Source of the DNA: Pseudomonadota bacterium
GTDB lineage: Bacteria > Pseudomonadota > Alphaproteobacteria > Caulobacterales > Caulobacteraceae
Direction: 5' to 3'
Assembly: GCA_040385365.1 (NCBI GenBank)
Contig: JAZKHL010000112.1
Coordinates: forward strand, 1,543 to 65,542
Length of the DNA: 64,000 nt
Shown here: one piece after another, positions 1 to 8,533 of the stretch
Numbering within the stretch: position 1 is the first letter of the stretch
How the letters are laid out: each line of letters begins with the position of its first letter
Notes under the pieces: generated by a model
Databases searched by the model: none
Seen by the model: only the letters and a program-made list of their open reading frames with translations
What the model was told of the DNA's origin: nothing
Made by a program: the position numbers and the translations under genes

Positions 1-1242
1 GGCGGCGCGCCCGACCGCCAGTCAACGCCCCCTGCGCCCGGCGAGGTGGCCCAGACCGAGGCCAACATCATCGGCAGCCGCGAGGTCAAACTGCGCGCTG
101 TCCGCGCCCTGGGCCTGCCCTTCTTCCAGAAGCCCGGCAAAGTCTCGACCGATCCGGTCGCCAAGCAGGAAGGCGACGCGATCAAGTTCATGAATGACGG
201 CCTGTCCATATCAACGACCCCGCAGGGCTCCACGATCGGGCTCGGCTTCGAGAGCGACAGCGCCGAGAAGTCGGCGCGCGTGCTGAACGCCCTGATCGAC
301 CAGTATCTGATCTATCGTCGCGAGGTGTTCCAGGACCGCTCGACCCCCGCCATCCAGCAGCAGCGACGCGCCTTCGAGGACGAACTTGCCGACGTCGATA
401 GCGCCTACGAAACCTTCCTCAACTCCAACGATATCGGCGATTTCGCCGCGACCAAGACGGCGCTTGCGGCGGTCTATCAATCGACATTGACGGAGAAGCT
501 GTCGGTCGAAAACCAGCTGAACCAGGCGGCCCGCCGTCTGATCACCATCGAGGCCCAGCAGGACCATACGCCGGCCGAGATCGCCCTGCAGCAGGATCTG
601 AACGTGTCGGCCCAGGACCAGATTCTGACTTTGCGCACCGAGCGCGAGCAGTTGCTGGCTCGCTATCAGCCCGACAGCCAACCCGTGCAGGACATCGAGG
701 CGCGCATCGCCGGCCTTCAAGCCTATGTGGCCTCCGGCACAACGGTCGGCGCCAAGGAGGTTCGCCTGGGGCCCAACCCGGTCTGGACCGAGCTGGAAAC
801 GACGCGCATCAACACGCGGGCCGAGCGGGATTCGCTGGGCGCACGGCTTTCATCCGTGAACCGCCAACTCGCTGAAATTCTGGATCGTCAGGCCACACTG
901 ACACGCCAGGAGTCGGAGAACACGACCCTGACCTCCAACCGCGATGTGCTGACCGCCTCGATCCGCGAGTTCCAGCAGCGCGAGACCCAGAGCCGCGCCG
1001 ACAACGGCCTTGTCCGGGCCGGCGCCGACAACGTCCGCGTCATAGAGCGCGCCGCCGCCCCCACGCGCGGCACAAGCCTGAAGCTGCCTCTGCTGGCTCT
1101 GGTCTTCCTGTTCGCCGGGTTCACCGCGCTGTGCGTCGGGCTTTTGCGGGTGTTCACGCGTCGGGGCTATGCCACGCCTCAGATCGCGGGGCGGACGCTG
1201 GAGATGCCTGTTCTCGCCGTGGCTCCCATGAAGGCCGCGTGA
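1..1242 (+). CDS. hfsA: Holdfast polysaccharide co-polymerase/chain-length determinant (Wzz/Wzc-type), 5'-truncated by window edge
   Basis: Frame open from base 1; long coiled-coil region, 'NVRVIERAAAP' then C-terminal TM (LPLLALVFLFAGFTALCVGLL); directly upstream of an HfsB-like gene. Confidence 0.8.
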   Translation, partial: GGAPDRQSTPPAPGEVAQTEANIIGSREVKLRAVRALGLPFFQKPGKVSTDPVAKQEGDAIKFMNDGLSISTTPQGSTIGLGFESDSAEKSARVLNALIDQYLIYRREVFQDRSTPAIQQQRRAFEDELADVDSAYETFLNSNDIGDFAATKTALAAVYQSTLTEKLSVENQLNQAARRLITIEAQQDHTPAEIALQQDLNVSAQDQILTLRTEREQLLARYQPDSQPVQDIEARIAGLQAYVASGTTVGAKEVRLGPNPVWTELETTRINTRAERDSLGARLSSVNRQLAEILDRQATLTRQESENTTLTSNRDVLTASIREFQQRETQSRADNGLVRAGADNVRVIERAAAPTRGTSLKLPLLALVFLFAGFTALCVGLLRVFTRRGYATPQIAGRTLEMPVLAVAPMKAA

Positions 1243-1296
1243 TGGGCGATCCCGCGTGATAGCGTTCCAGTTCCAGTTCAGCGCGTAACCGATTCG

Positions 1297-1998
1297 ATGG
1301 TCGATCTCACAAGCGAAATGGCGGGCCTCTGGGCCGCGCTGGGATCGGCGCCCGCGCATCGCGGTCGTGTGATCCAGTTCGCCTGCGCCAACACCGGCGA
1401 GGGGGCCTCTACCGTCGCGCGCGAGTTCGCTCGTCTCGCCGCCGTCCGTGCCAGAAAGCCTGTCTGGCTGATCGACGCCGACCTGGCGCAGCCGAGCCAG
1501 CAGGATGCGGTCGCCGGCGAGCCCGATCGATATGGCCGTCTTGGCGCCGCCGCCGCGTCGTCACCCAATGGGTCGAGCTTTTTCGCCGTCAGCCCGCCCG
1601 TCATGGGTCGCGACCGCAAGCCTATCGCCCATGCGCGCCTTATGACCGCGAGACCTTGCCTGGGCGGCCGTTTGTGGATCACCCGGTTCCGCGCCGAGGT
1701 CCTGCGCTCGGGCCAGCGCGCCGAGGCCATCTCGGACCCGCGTTATTGGGATGCGATGCGAAAGCATGCCGATACGGTGGTGATCGATTCCCCCGCCGCC
1801 GACCGCAGCGACATCGCCATCACCCTGGCCCCCTACGTCGATGCGACGGTGCTGATCGTGGCGGCCGAGAGCACGGCGGCGAACGAGCCGGTGATCCTGC
1901 GCGACGAGATCGAATCCGTCGGCGGCCGCATCGCGGGCGTCGTCGTCAACCGCTCGACATACAGCCCCCCGGCCTTCCTCAGGCGGCTGACGGGCTGA
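1297..1998 (+). CDS. hfsB: HfsB-like polysaccharide export P-loop (pseudo)kinase
   Basis: Degenerate Walker A (NTGEGAST), 'LIDAD', 'VVIDSP', C-terminal 'GVVVN' as in CpsD/CapB-family proteins; follows hfsA. Confidence 0.8.
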   Translation: MVDLTSEMAGLWAALGSAPAHRGRVIQFACANTGEGASTVAREFARLAAVRARKPVWLIDADLAQPSQQDAVAGEPDRYGRLGAAAASSPNGSSFFAVSPPVMGRDRKPIAHARLMTARPCLGGRLWITRFRAEVLRSGQRAEAISDPRYWDAMRKHADTVVIDSPAADRSDIAITLAPYVDATVLIVAAESTAANEPVILRDEIESVGGRIAGVVVNRSTYSPPAFLRRLTG

Positions 1999-2929
1999 TC
2001 CGGTCCAGCCGCGCCAACTCGCGCGCGCCGTAGAAGTGGGGTTCGAACCCCTTCATCCAGAACACTTTTCCCAAGCCTCGCGCCGTCCGATCCATGAGCA
2101 TTGCACGAGCCGGATGGGCGATGATCGTCATGGCGATCGCGGCCAGTCCCCAGACGCCGGTCTGCACCAGGCCGATCACCATCCAGCGCGCCACGCCGAT
2201 CCCGTCACGGGCCTTCGCCGCCGTCTGGCTGGGACCCTGGCCATAGGCGAAGGCGCGCGACAGGGCGTACCGCATCGTCGCCCGATGCGACGGCGCGAAC
2301 TCGTCGACCCAGGCCTCGGCGGCCCAGCCGAACCGTCCGCCGCGCGCGTGAAGCGCCGCGAACAGGGCGTCGTCCTCGCCTCCGCTCTGGTCGGCCGAGG
2401 CGTCGAACGGCGCCGGACCGGGCAGTGCGGTCGCCCGCACCATCAGGGAGTTGCCGCAGCCGTAGGCTTGGTCGATCAGCCGCGTCTCCGCAGGCCCTTC
2501 ACGACCGAAGAACCGTTCCAGGTAGGGCGTCGCCCAGCCCGTTCCTGCGGGCACACAGCCCCGGATCGGCCCGAACACCACATCGGCTCTGGTCGTCTCC
2601 AGCGCGTCCAGCAAGGCGGACAGCCACCCCGTCGATGCGCCTTCGTCGTCGTCGAGGAAGGCGATCAAGGGGGCGGTGGTCATGCCGAGACCGGCGTTCC
2701 GCGCCGTCGCCACACCCGGCCTTGGTTCATGGCGATAGTACAGCGAGCAGGGGCTATCGGCCGTCAGCCGCGCGACCGTCTCCCGCGCCGTGCCCGCCGG
2801 GTCGTTATCGACGACCACGATCGAAGCGAGGCGATCCTCGACCACGGTCTGGGCGAAGAGCGAGCGCAAGGCTCGCTCCAGGCTCTCGGGCCGACGCATC
2901 GTCGGCACAATGACCGACACGGCCTGCAT
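1979..2929 (-). CDS. GT2 glycosyltransferase (HfsL-like)
   Basis: 'VSVIVPT', 'VVVDN', 'ARNAG', 'FLDDD', 'GGEDD' GT2 motifs; ATG at 2929 overlaps the upstream stop (TGATG). Confidence 0.8.
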   Translation of the reverse strand: MQAVSVIVPTMRRPESLERALRSLFAQTVVEDRLASIVVVDNDPAGTARETVARLTADSPCSLYYRHEPRPGVATARNAGLGMTTAPLIAFLDDDEGASTGWLSALLDALETTRADVVFGPIRGCVPAGTGWATPYLERFFGREGPAETRLIDQAYGCGNSLMVRATALPGPAPFDASADQSGGEDDALFAALHARGGRFGWAAEAWVDEFAPSHRATMRYALSRAFAYGQGPSQTAAKARDGIGVARWMVIGLVQTGVWGLAAIAMTIIAHPARAMLMDRTARGLGKVFWMKGFEPHFYGARELARLDRISPSAA

Positions 2930-3864
2930 CACACCGCCTCGGCGTAGAGAGAGGCGCGATACAGCCTCAGCGAAAACGCGCGCGCTCCGGTCGGCATCCA
3001 TCCGGTCGTCGCCGCCCGCTTCATCCAGGGCCGGAGCCGCTCCAGTTGAGGCACGCGCTTCAGCAGTTTCGCCGCCTTGTAGCTGGGATAGCCGCCGACA
3101 ATGTCGGGATGTCGGGCGACCACACGCGCGAAATTGCCCGCCGACTGCTCATACTTGCCCGCCAGAGCCTCGACCGTGTCCAGACCCATGTGCGTCGCGG
3201 GATTGTCGACGTGGACGACGGTGAAGCGGCGCGACACGCGCATGGCCCACTCCACGTCCTCCCAGCCCCAGCCGCTGAACTCCGCGTCGAAGGTTTCGGC
3301 TTCGAACACGTCGCGCCGGACCAGCAGGTTGGAGGTGTAGACGTATTTCTCCGGCGTCCGCGCCCGCTCGACATAGGGCACGCAGTCGCTCTTGGCCGCC
3401 ATCGACCGATGGACGGAGAACCGCGTATCGGTCGGCGCCTGCAACAGCGAAAAACCCCCAAACGCCACTGCGGGATCCTCGCGCGCGACCAGATCGGCCC
3501 AAGTCCACAGGAACCGGCGATGATCCGGCCGCATGTCGCTGTCGAGGAACAACAGCGACCCCGCGCGGGCGGACGCCGCCAGACGATTACGGCCCTTCGA
3601 GCGCCCTTCGTTCTTGGACAGGGTGATCAAACGTGCCGGCAGGGTCATGGCGCCGATCTGGGTCTGCAGTCGCGCCGTCAGGTCGGCGTCGTTGGTGCCG
3701 TCGTCCATGACGATGATCTCGACCGCGCGATCGACCGCGCCTGCCTCTTCGTCCAGCAGCGTCAGAAGCTCCGACGGGTCGTCGCGCAGGAAGGGAATCA
3801 GCACCGAAACGGCGGGCCTGGCCCTCCGGCGGTGCGCATTGTCGGTGATCACAGGGGGGCTCAT
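2929..3864 (-). CDS. hfsG: GT2 glycosyltransferase of the holdfast cluster
   Basis: Real start MSPPVITDN (ATG 3864, ATGA overlap with flippase stop); 'VSVLIPF', 'MDDG', 'FLDSD', 'GWGWEDVEW' motifs; hfsE-F-G order. Confidence 0.75.
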   Translation of the reverse strand: MSPPVITDNAHRRRARPAVSVLIPFLRDDPSELLTLLDEEAGAVDRAVEIIVMDDGTNDADLTARLQTQIGAMTLPARLITLSKNEGRSKGRNRLAASARAGSLLFLDSDMRPDHRRFLWTWADLVAREDPAVAFGGFSLLQAPTDTRFSVHRSMAAKSDCVPYVERARTPEKYVYTSNLLVRRDVFEAETFDAEFSGWGWEDVEWAMRVSRRFTVVHVDNPATHMGLDTVEALAGKYEQSAGNFARVVARHPDIVGGYPSYKAAKLLKRVPQLERLRPWMKRAATTGWMPTGARAFSLRLYRASLYAEAV

Positions 3865-5309
3865 GCGGTCATCCTTCGGCCGATGCGGGCGCCGATGACC
3901 CGCGTCGCGACATCGCGCACTCCGGCCGCATTCAGGGTCAGCACCACGATCGCATAGACCACGGCTCCGACCCCGCCCTTGAGCATCAGCTCGGGGAAGC
4001 CGCCCAGCGTTGGCAGAGCCAGGACCACTGCCGCCATGACGCCGCAAGCCACGCCGCAGCGGCTCAACGTTCGCCACGGGATCGGCATGGCCACGATCGA
4101 ACGGCCCATGCCGATCGACGCCAGCACGCCGATGCCGAAGCTTGTCGTCGTCGCGATCGCCGCGCCCATGACCCCCATGCCGGGCACCAGAAGGACGTTC
4201 AGCACCACATTCGCACCGGCGGGGATGCACAGTGTCAGGAGCAGCCGGTCGGTCCTGCGACCGAGCACGAAGGACTGACTCAGGTAATAGGAGGTCACCC
4301 CGCTCAGCAGCGCCGACAGGGCGATCCAGGGAGTCACCGAGGCCGCTGCGGCCCGCAGGTCCTCCCCGATCATGAAGTCCGCCAGCGGTCGCGCGACCAG
4401 GGCCACGCCAACCGCCGCCGGAAGGCCGATCAGGATGAAGGTCGAGGCCTGTTCGCGGGCCGCCGTCATGAAGGCGTCGCGGCTGCCCCGTTCCCAGGCC
4501 ATGATCAGCGCTGGCGTCCCCGCCGCCCCCAGCCAGATGAACAGGACGTCGAGCGTACGACTGGCGAGGCTGTAGCCCGCATGATAGGCGCCGACCGCCG
4601 CCGGCCCCATGTAGATTTCCAGCAGAAAGCGGTCGGTCGAGGCCATGATCAGCGACAGGCCAAGACCGGCCGCGATCGGGTAGCCGTAGCGCGCATAACT
4701 CGACAGCCGAGCGCGATAGAGGGTTCCGCCCCGAGCCCGACGCAGCTCGCCCGGCAAGACGAACGGGAGCGTCAGCAGCGGCGCGGCCGCCAGCCCGATC
4801 AGGGGCGAGGCTGAACCCAGTCCGTTCAGCGCGCACCCAACGCCGATCGCGAACCCGCCCAGCGAGACCGCGATATCCATGGCCGCCGATTTCGTGACCT
4901 CGCCAGCCGCGCGAAACCGCTCCTGCGCCAGCTTTGCCAGGCAGCGGATCGGGATGCCCGCCAGCCCCGCGCCGATCGCCAGCTTCAGCCCCGGCCCGAT
5001 CGGTGTCAGCCACAGGATCAGCGCCACCAGAGGCAGGACGGCGGCCGTCATGACCGCCGCCGTGCGATAAAGGGTCAGGAAATGGTCTGCCAGGGTCTGG
5101 TCGCGCTCGGCGGCCCAGAACCGCGCCATAGACGCTTCCAGCCAGCTGAACGTCCCGACATGAACGAGGGTCATGATTGAGAAGGCGATCGCGTACCGAC
5201 CGAAATCTTCCGGCGACAGCAATCTTGTGAAGACCAGAATGGCCCCGAACCCGACCAGGCCCTGGACGATGTTTGCGGGCAGATAGCCCCAGACGCCGCG
5301 CCAGAACAT
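3861..5309 (-). CDS. hfsF: Wzx-type polysaccharide flippase
   Basis: Start MFWRGVWGY coupled to hfsE stop; many TM segments, 'TRLLSPEDFGRY', 'GVMGAAIAT' polysaccharide-transporter signature. Confidence 0.8.
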   Translation of the reverse strand: MFWRGVWGYLPANIVQGLVGFGAILVFTRLLSPEDFGRYAIAFSIMTLVHVGTFSWLEASMARFWAAERDQTLADHFLTLYRTAAVMTAAVLPLVALILWLTPIGPGLKLAIGAGLAGIPIRCLAKLAQERFRAAGEVTKSAAMDIAVSLGGFAIGVGCALNGLGSASPLIGLAAAPLLTLPFVLPGELRRARGGTLYRARLSSYARYGYPIAAGLGLSLIMASTDRFLLEIYMGPAAVGAYHAGYSLASRTLDVLFIWLGAAGTPALIMAWERGSRDAFMTAAREQASTFILIGLPAAVGVALVARPLADFMIGEDLRAAAASVTPWIALSALLSGVTSYYLSQSFVLGRRTDRLLLTLCIPAGANVVLNVLLVPGMGVMGAAIATTTSFGIGVLASIGMGRSIVAMPIPWRTLSRCGVACGVMAAVVLALPTLGGFPELMLKGGVGAVVYAIVVLTLNAAGVRDVATRVIGARIGRRMTA

Positions 5310-6880
5310 CAGCGGACCGCCTGACGATCGCCGAGCAGCACCGGCACCGTGACCGCCATGATGAACAGGTCCAGCCACAGCGACTGCCGCTCGATGTAGT
5401 CTACATCCAGCTGCACGCGGCGACGCACGTCCTGTGCGCTGTGCAGGGGACCACGCGAGCCCTTGATGGCGGCCCAGCCCGTCATGCCAGGCTTCATGCG
5501 GTGGCGATGGGCGTATTCGGCGACCAGACGCGCGCTCTCGACCGCGCCGGTCTTCATGCCGATGGCGTGGGGGCGAGGTCCAACGAGCGACATCTCGCCC
5601 TTCAGCACATTGAACAACTGCGGCAGCTCATCCAGGCTGGTCGAGCGGATGATCTTGCCGACACGCGTGACGCGGTCGTCGTCCGTGGTGACCTGGCGAC
5701 TGGCGGTGGCGTCGGCGGCCTCGTGGCGCATCGAGCGGAATTTCCACACCACGATCTCCTCGTGATTGAAGCCGTGGCGGCGCTGGCGGAAGAAGATCGG
5801 TCCCGGACTGTCCAGCCGGATCGCCAGCGCCGTCAGGGCGATGACGGGTGCGAGCAACACGAGCGCGAGCAGGCCGATCGACAGATCCTGAATGCGCTTG
5901 TTGAAGGCGCGCCGGTCGTCGTCGATCGGGCCGCTCAAAGGAGCCAGGGGCGCCCGCGCCAACCGGTCGAGCGCCGCCGAGCGTTCGCCCGCATTGACCG
6001 GATCGATCAACAGGGTGACCTCGTTGGGCAGGGCGGAAAGACGCGACGTCAGCTCTCGCACTCTTTTCTCGGCCTTCGGATCGATGGCCAGGACGATCCG
6101 GTCGACATAGGGCGTCATCCGGTGGGTCATCAGCGCCTCGGCATCGCCCAGCACGGGTACGCCGGCCACGCTGTCAGGATTGCGGGCCAGCCGGTCGTCG
6201 AACACGCCCAGAACATTGATATCGCGCCGCTCCAGAGCGTCGCGGATTAGTTGTTCAGCATGCTTGGTTGCGCCCACCAGGACGATATTGGGCGTAAGGG
6301 CTCCGCTGCCGCGCCAGCGCGTGACCAGATCGCTCCATCCCATGTGCAAGACATAAAGGCTGACCACGATCAGCGCTGTCCAGATGATGTGGACCGACGC
6401 CGTCGCGCCCCCGTCGAGTATCAGGTCCAGGCCGATCGCACAGGCCCCGCCCGCCAGCGCCACGCCCGCCACGGCCGCCAGATGAAGCGGCGTCTGCTGA
6501 CCTCGCGCGAACCTGTAGAGCTCCAGCGACCGCATCAACCCCAGCACGACCACGGCGCCTGCGGCCAGGGGCAGCAGGGACGAGAGCGGAGCGGCGAACA
6601 GACCTTCGGGCGATGAGGCCCAAGCCATGCTCAACGTGATGATGACGACTGCCGTAATGTCGGCGCTGCGGAACCAGTGAACGGCGAGCCGTGATGCGTG
6701 CCGCTGCCGCGCGTTCAGCCACACTTCGGGACGAAACGGCCCCCGCCGCGCCGCACCTTCCGGCTTTGGCCCTATTGAGTGAGCGGCCAGGGCCTGCAAC
6801 CCCGGCGCATCGAGACGTGCCCGCGAAGCGACGGCGTCCGGCAGCGCCGATGCATGGCCCAGGTCGATGGCGTTGGTCAT
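5309..6880 (-). CDS. hfsE: Priming polyprenyl glycosylphosphotransferase (WcaJ-like)
   Basis: 'KRIQD', 'KFRSM', 'DDRVTRVG..IRSTSLDELPQLFNVLKGEMSLVGPRP', 'KPGMTGWA'; start uncertain (ATG 6880 or GTG 6913). Confidence 0.85.
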   Translation of the reverse strand: MTNAIDLGHASALPDAVASRARLDAPGLQALAAHSIGPKPEGAARRGPFRPEVWLNARQRHASRLAVHWFRSADITAVVIITLSMAWASSPEGLFAAPLSSLLPLAAGAVVVLGLMRSLELYRFARGQQTPLHLAAVAGVALAGGACAIGLDLILDGGATASVHIIWTALIVVSLYVLHMGWSDLVTRWRGSGALTPNIVLVGATKHAEQLIRDALERRDINVLGVFDDRLARNPDSVAGVPVLGDAEALMTHRMTPYVDRIVLAIDPKAEKRVRELTSRLSALPNEVTLLIDPVNAGERSAALDRLARAPLAPLSGPIDDDRRAFNKRIQDLSIGLLALVLLAPVIALTALAIRLDSPGPIFFRQRRHGFNHEEIVVWKFRSMRHEAADATASRQVTTDDDRVTRVGKIIRSTSLDELPQLFNVLKGEMSLVGPRPHAIGMKTGAVESARLVAEYAHRHRMKPGMTGWAAIKGSRGPLHSAQDVRRRVQLDVDYIERQSLWLDLFIMAVTVPVLLGDRQAVR

Positions 6881-7011
6881 GACGTCATCGTGCACAGGCG
6901 CCGTGGATGTCACGTTAACGCGGCGGCTCCGTGATGAAGTGCGCGCCGCCGGATCCCTGAAACCCCATTGTGACCCGCGCGTTACGGCAAAGGTAGCCAA
7001 TCGGGGATCCT

Positions 7012-8511
7012 GTGAACGAAGCGACGAACGACAAGGTGGATCAGGCGATGTTCGGCATCTCCGGTCTGGACGATATCCTGGCGGGCGGCCTGGAACGCGA
7101 CCGCGTCTATCTGCTGGAAGGCAATCCAGGGACCGGCAAAACGACAGCGGCCATGGCATTCCTGCTTCAGGGTGCGGCGAAGGGGGAACCCAGCCTCTAC
7201 ATCACCCTGTCCGAAACAGAAGAGGAGTTGAGGGGCACGGCGCGCTCGCACGGCTGGTCGCTAGACGGCGTGGACATCTTCGAACTGGTGCCGCCCGAAA
7301 GCTTGCTCGACGAGCAGCAGCAGCAGAGCCTTCTGTATTCGTCGGACCTGGAGTTGGGCGAGACGACGCGGATGATCTTCTCGCAGTTCGAGGCGGTCCG
7401 ACCCAAACGCGTGGTGATCGACAGCCTGTCCGAGATCCGGCTGCTAGCGCAAAGCTCGCTCCGCTATCGCCGTCAGGTTCTGGCGCTCAAGCACTATTTC
7501 GCCAAGCACGGCGCGACCGTTCTGCTGCTGGATGATCTAACGACCGACATCAACGACAAGACTGTCCACTCGGTCGCCCACGGCGTGATCCAGCTTCAGG
7601 AACTCGCGCCTGAATATGGAGCCGAGCGACGGCGGGTCAGGGTCATCAAGTATCGCGGTCGCCGCTTCAGGGGCGGTTTTCACGACTTCACGATCAAGAC
7701 CGGCGGCCTGGATGTCTATCCCCGCATCGTCGCCTCCGAACACCGAACGCATTTCGATCGATCGCCCGTGTCGAGCGGCGTGGATGAACTCGATCTACTC
7801 TTAGGCGGCGGCCTCGAACGCGGGTCCAGCGCTCTGATTCTGGGCCCAGCGGGCACCGGCAAATCGACGTTCGCGATCATGTTCGCCATGGCGGCTGTCG
7901 CGCGAGGCGAGAAGGCCGCCCTATTTATCTTCGACGAGGAACTGGGCCTTCTGTCCAGTCGGATGCTGGCGCTCGGTTTCGACCTGGAAGCCATGAAAGA
8001 GGCTGGTTCGTTAGTGATCGAACAGGTTGATGCGGCCGAACTGTCTCCCGGCGAGTTCGCAGCGCGCGTGCGCCACTGCGTAGCGTCAGATCACATCAAG
8101 ACCGTCGTGATCGACAGTCTCAACGGCTATCAGGCGGCGATGCCCCAAGAGCAGTTCCTGGTACTGCACATCCATGAATTGCTGCAATATCTGAACCGTC
8201 AGGGCGCCTCGACCTATCTGACAGTGGCCCAGCACGGCCTCGTCGGCGACATGAAGGCCCCCGTGGATGTCACCTATCTGGCCGACACGGTGATCCTGCT
8301 CCGCTATTTCGAAGCATTGGGCCACGTGCGTCGCGCTGTTTCCGTGATCAAGAAGCGCTCGGGACAGCACGAAAAAACGATCCGCGAATACAGCATCGAC
8401 GCAAGTGGTCTGTCGATGGGCGAGCCTTTGACCGGGTTCCAGGGTGTGCTTCGCGGCGTGCCGAACTTCGTGGGACAGGGCGCGGGCTTGATGGGCGACG
8501 CGTCGGCGTGA
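7012..8511 (+). CDS. kaiC: KaiC-like double-domain RecA-superfamily ATPase
   Basis: Two ATPase domains: 'GISGLDDIL.GGL..GNPGTGKT' and 'SSGVDELDLLLGGGL..GPAGTGKS'; 'VIKYRG' and 'VIKKRSG' motifs. Confidence 0.9.
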   Translation: MNEATNDKVDQAMFGISGLDDILAGGLERDRVYLLEGNPGTGKTTAAMAFLLQGAAKGEPSLYITLSETEEELRGTARSHGWSLDGVDIFELVPPESLLDEQQQQSLLYSSDLELGETTRMIFSQFEAVRPKRVVIDSLSEIRLLAQSSLRYRRQVLALKHYFAKHGATVLLLDDLTTDINDKTVHSVAHGVIQLQELAPEYGAERRRVRVIKYRGRRFRGGFHDFTIKTGGLDVYPRIVASEHRTHFDRSPVSSGVDELDLLLGGGLERGSSALILGPAGTGKSTFAIMFAMAAVARGEKAALFIFDEELGLLSSRMLALGFDLEAMKEAGSLVIEQVDAAELSPGEFAARVRHCVASDHIKTVVIDSLNGYQAAMPQEQFLVLHIHELLQYLNRQGASTYLTVAQHGLVGDMKAPVDVTYLADTVILLRYFEALGHVRRAVSVIKKRSGQHEKTIREYSIDASGLSMGEPLTGFQGVLRGVPNFVGQGAGLMGDASA

Positions 8512-8533
8512 CCTCGCTGCTGGATCTGAGTTC

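Noticed and set aside
1266-1281. Short tandem repeat gttccagttccagttc between hfsA and hfsB
   Set aside because: Under three units of a 6-mer; too short to support phase variation or an array
3865-5013. N-terminal 383 aa of the 694-aa ORF, apparently fused to the GT2
   Set aside because: Off-frame overlap with the flippase gene; the real start is the coupled ATG at 3864
7012-8511. A true circadian clock
   Set aside because: No kaiA or kaiB in the window and the canonical ST phosphosites are not retained
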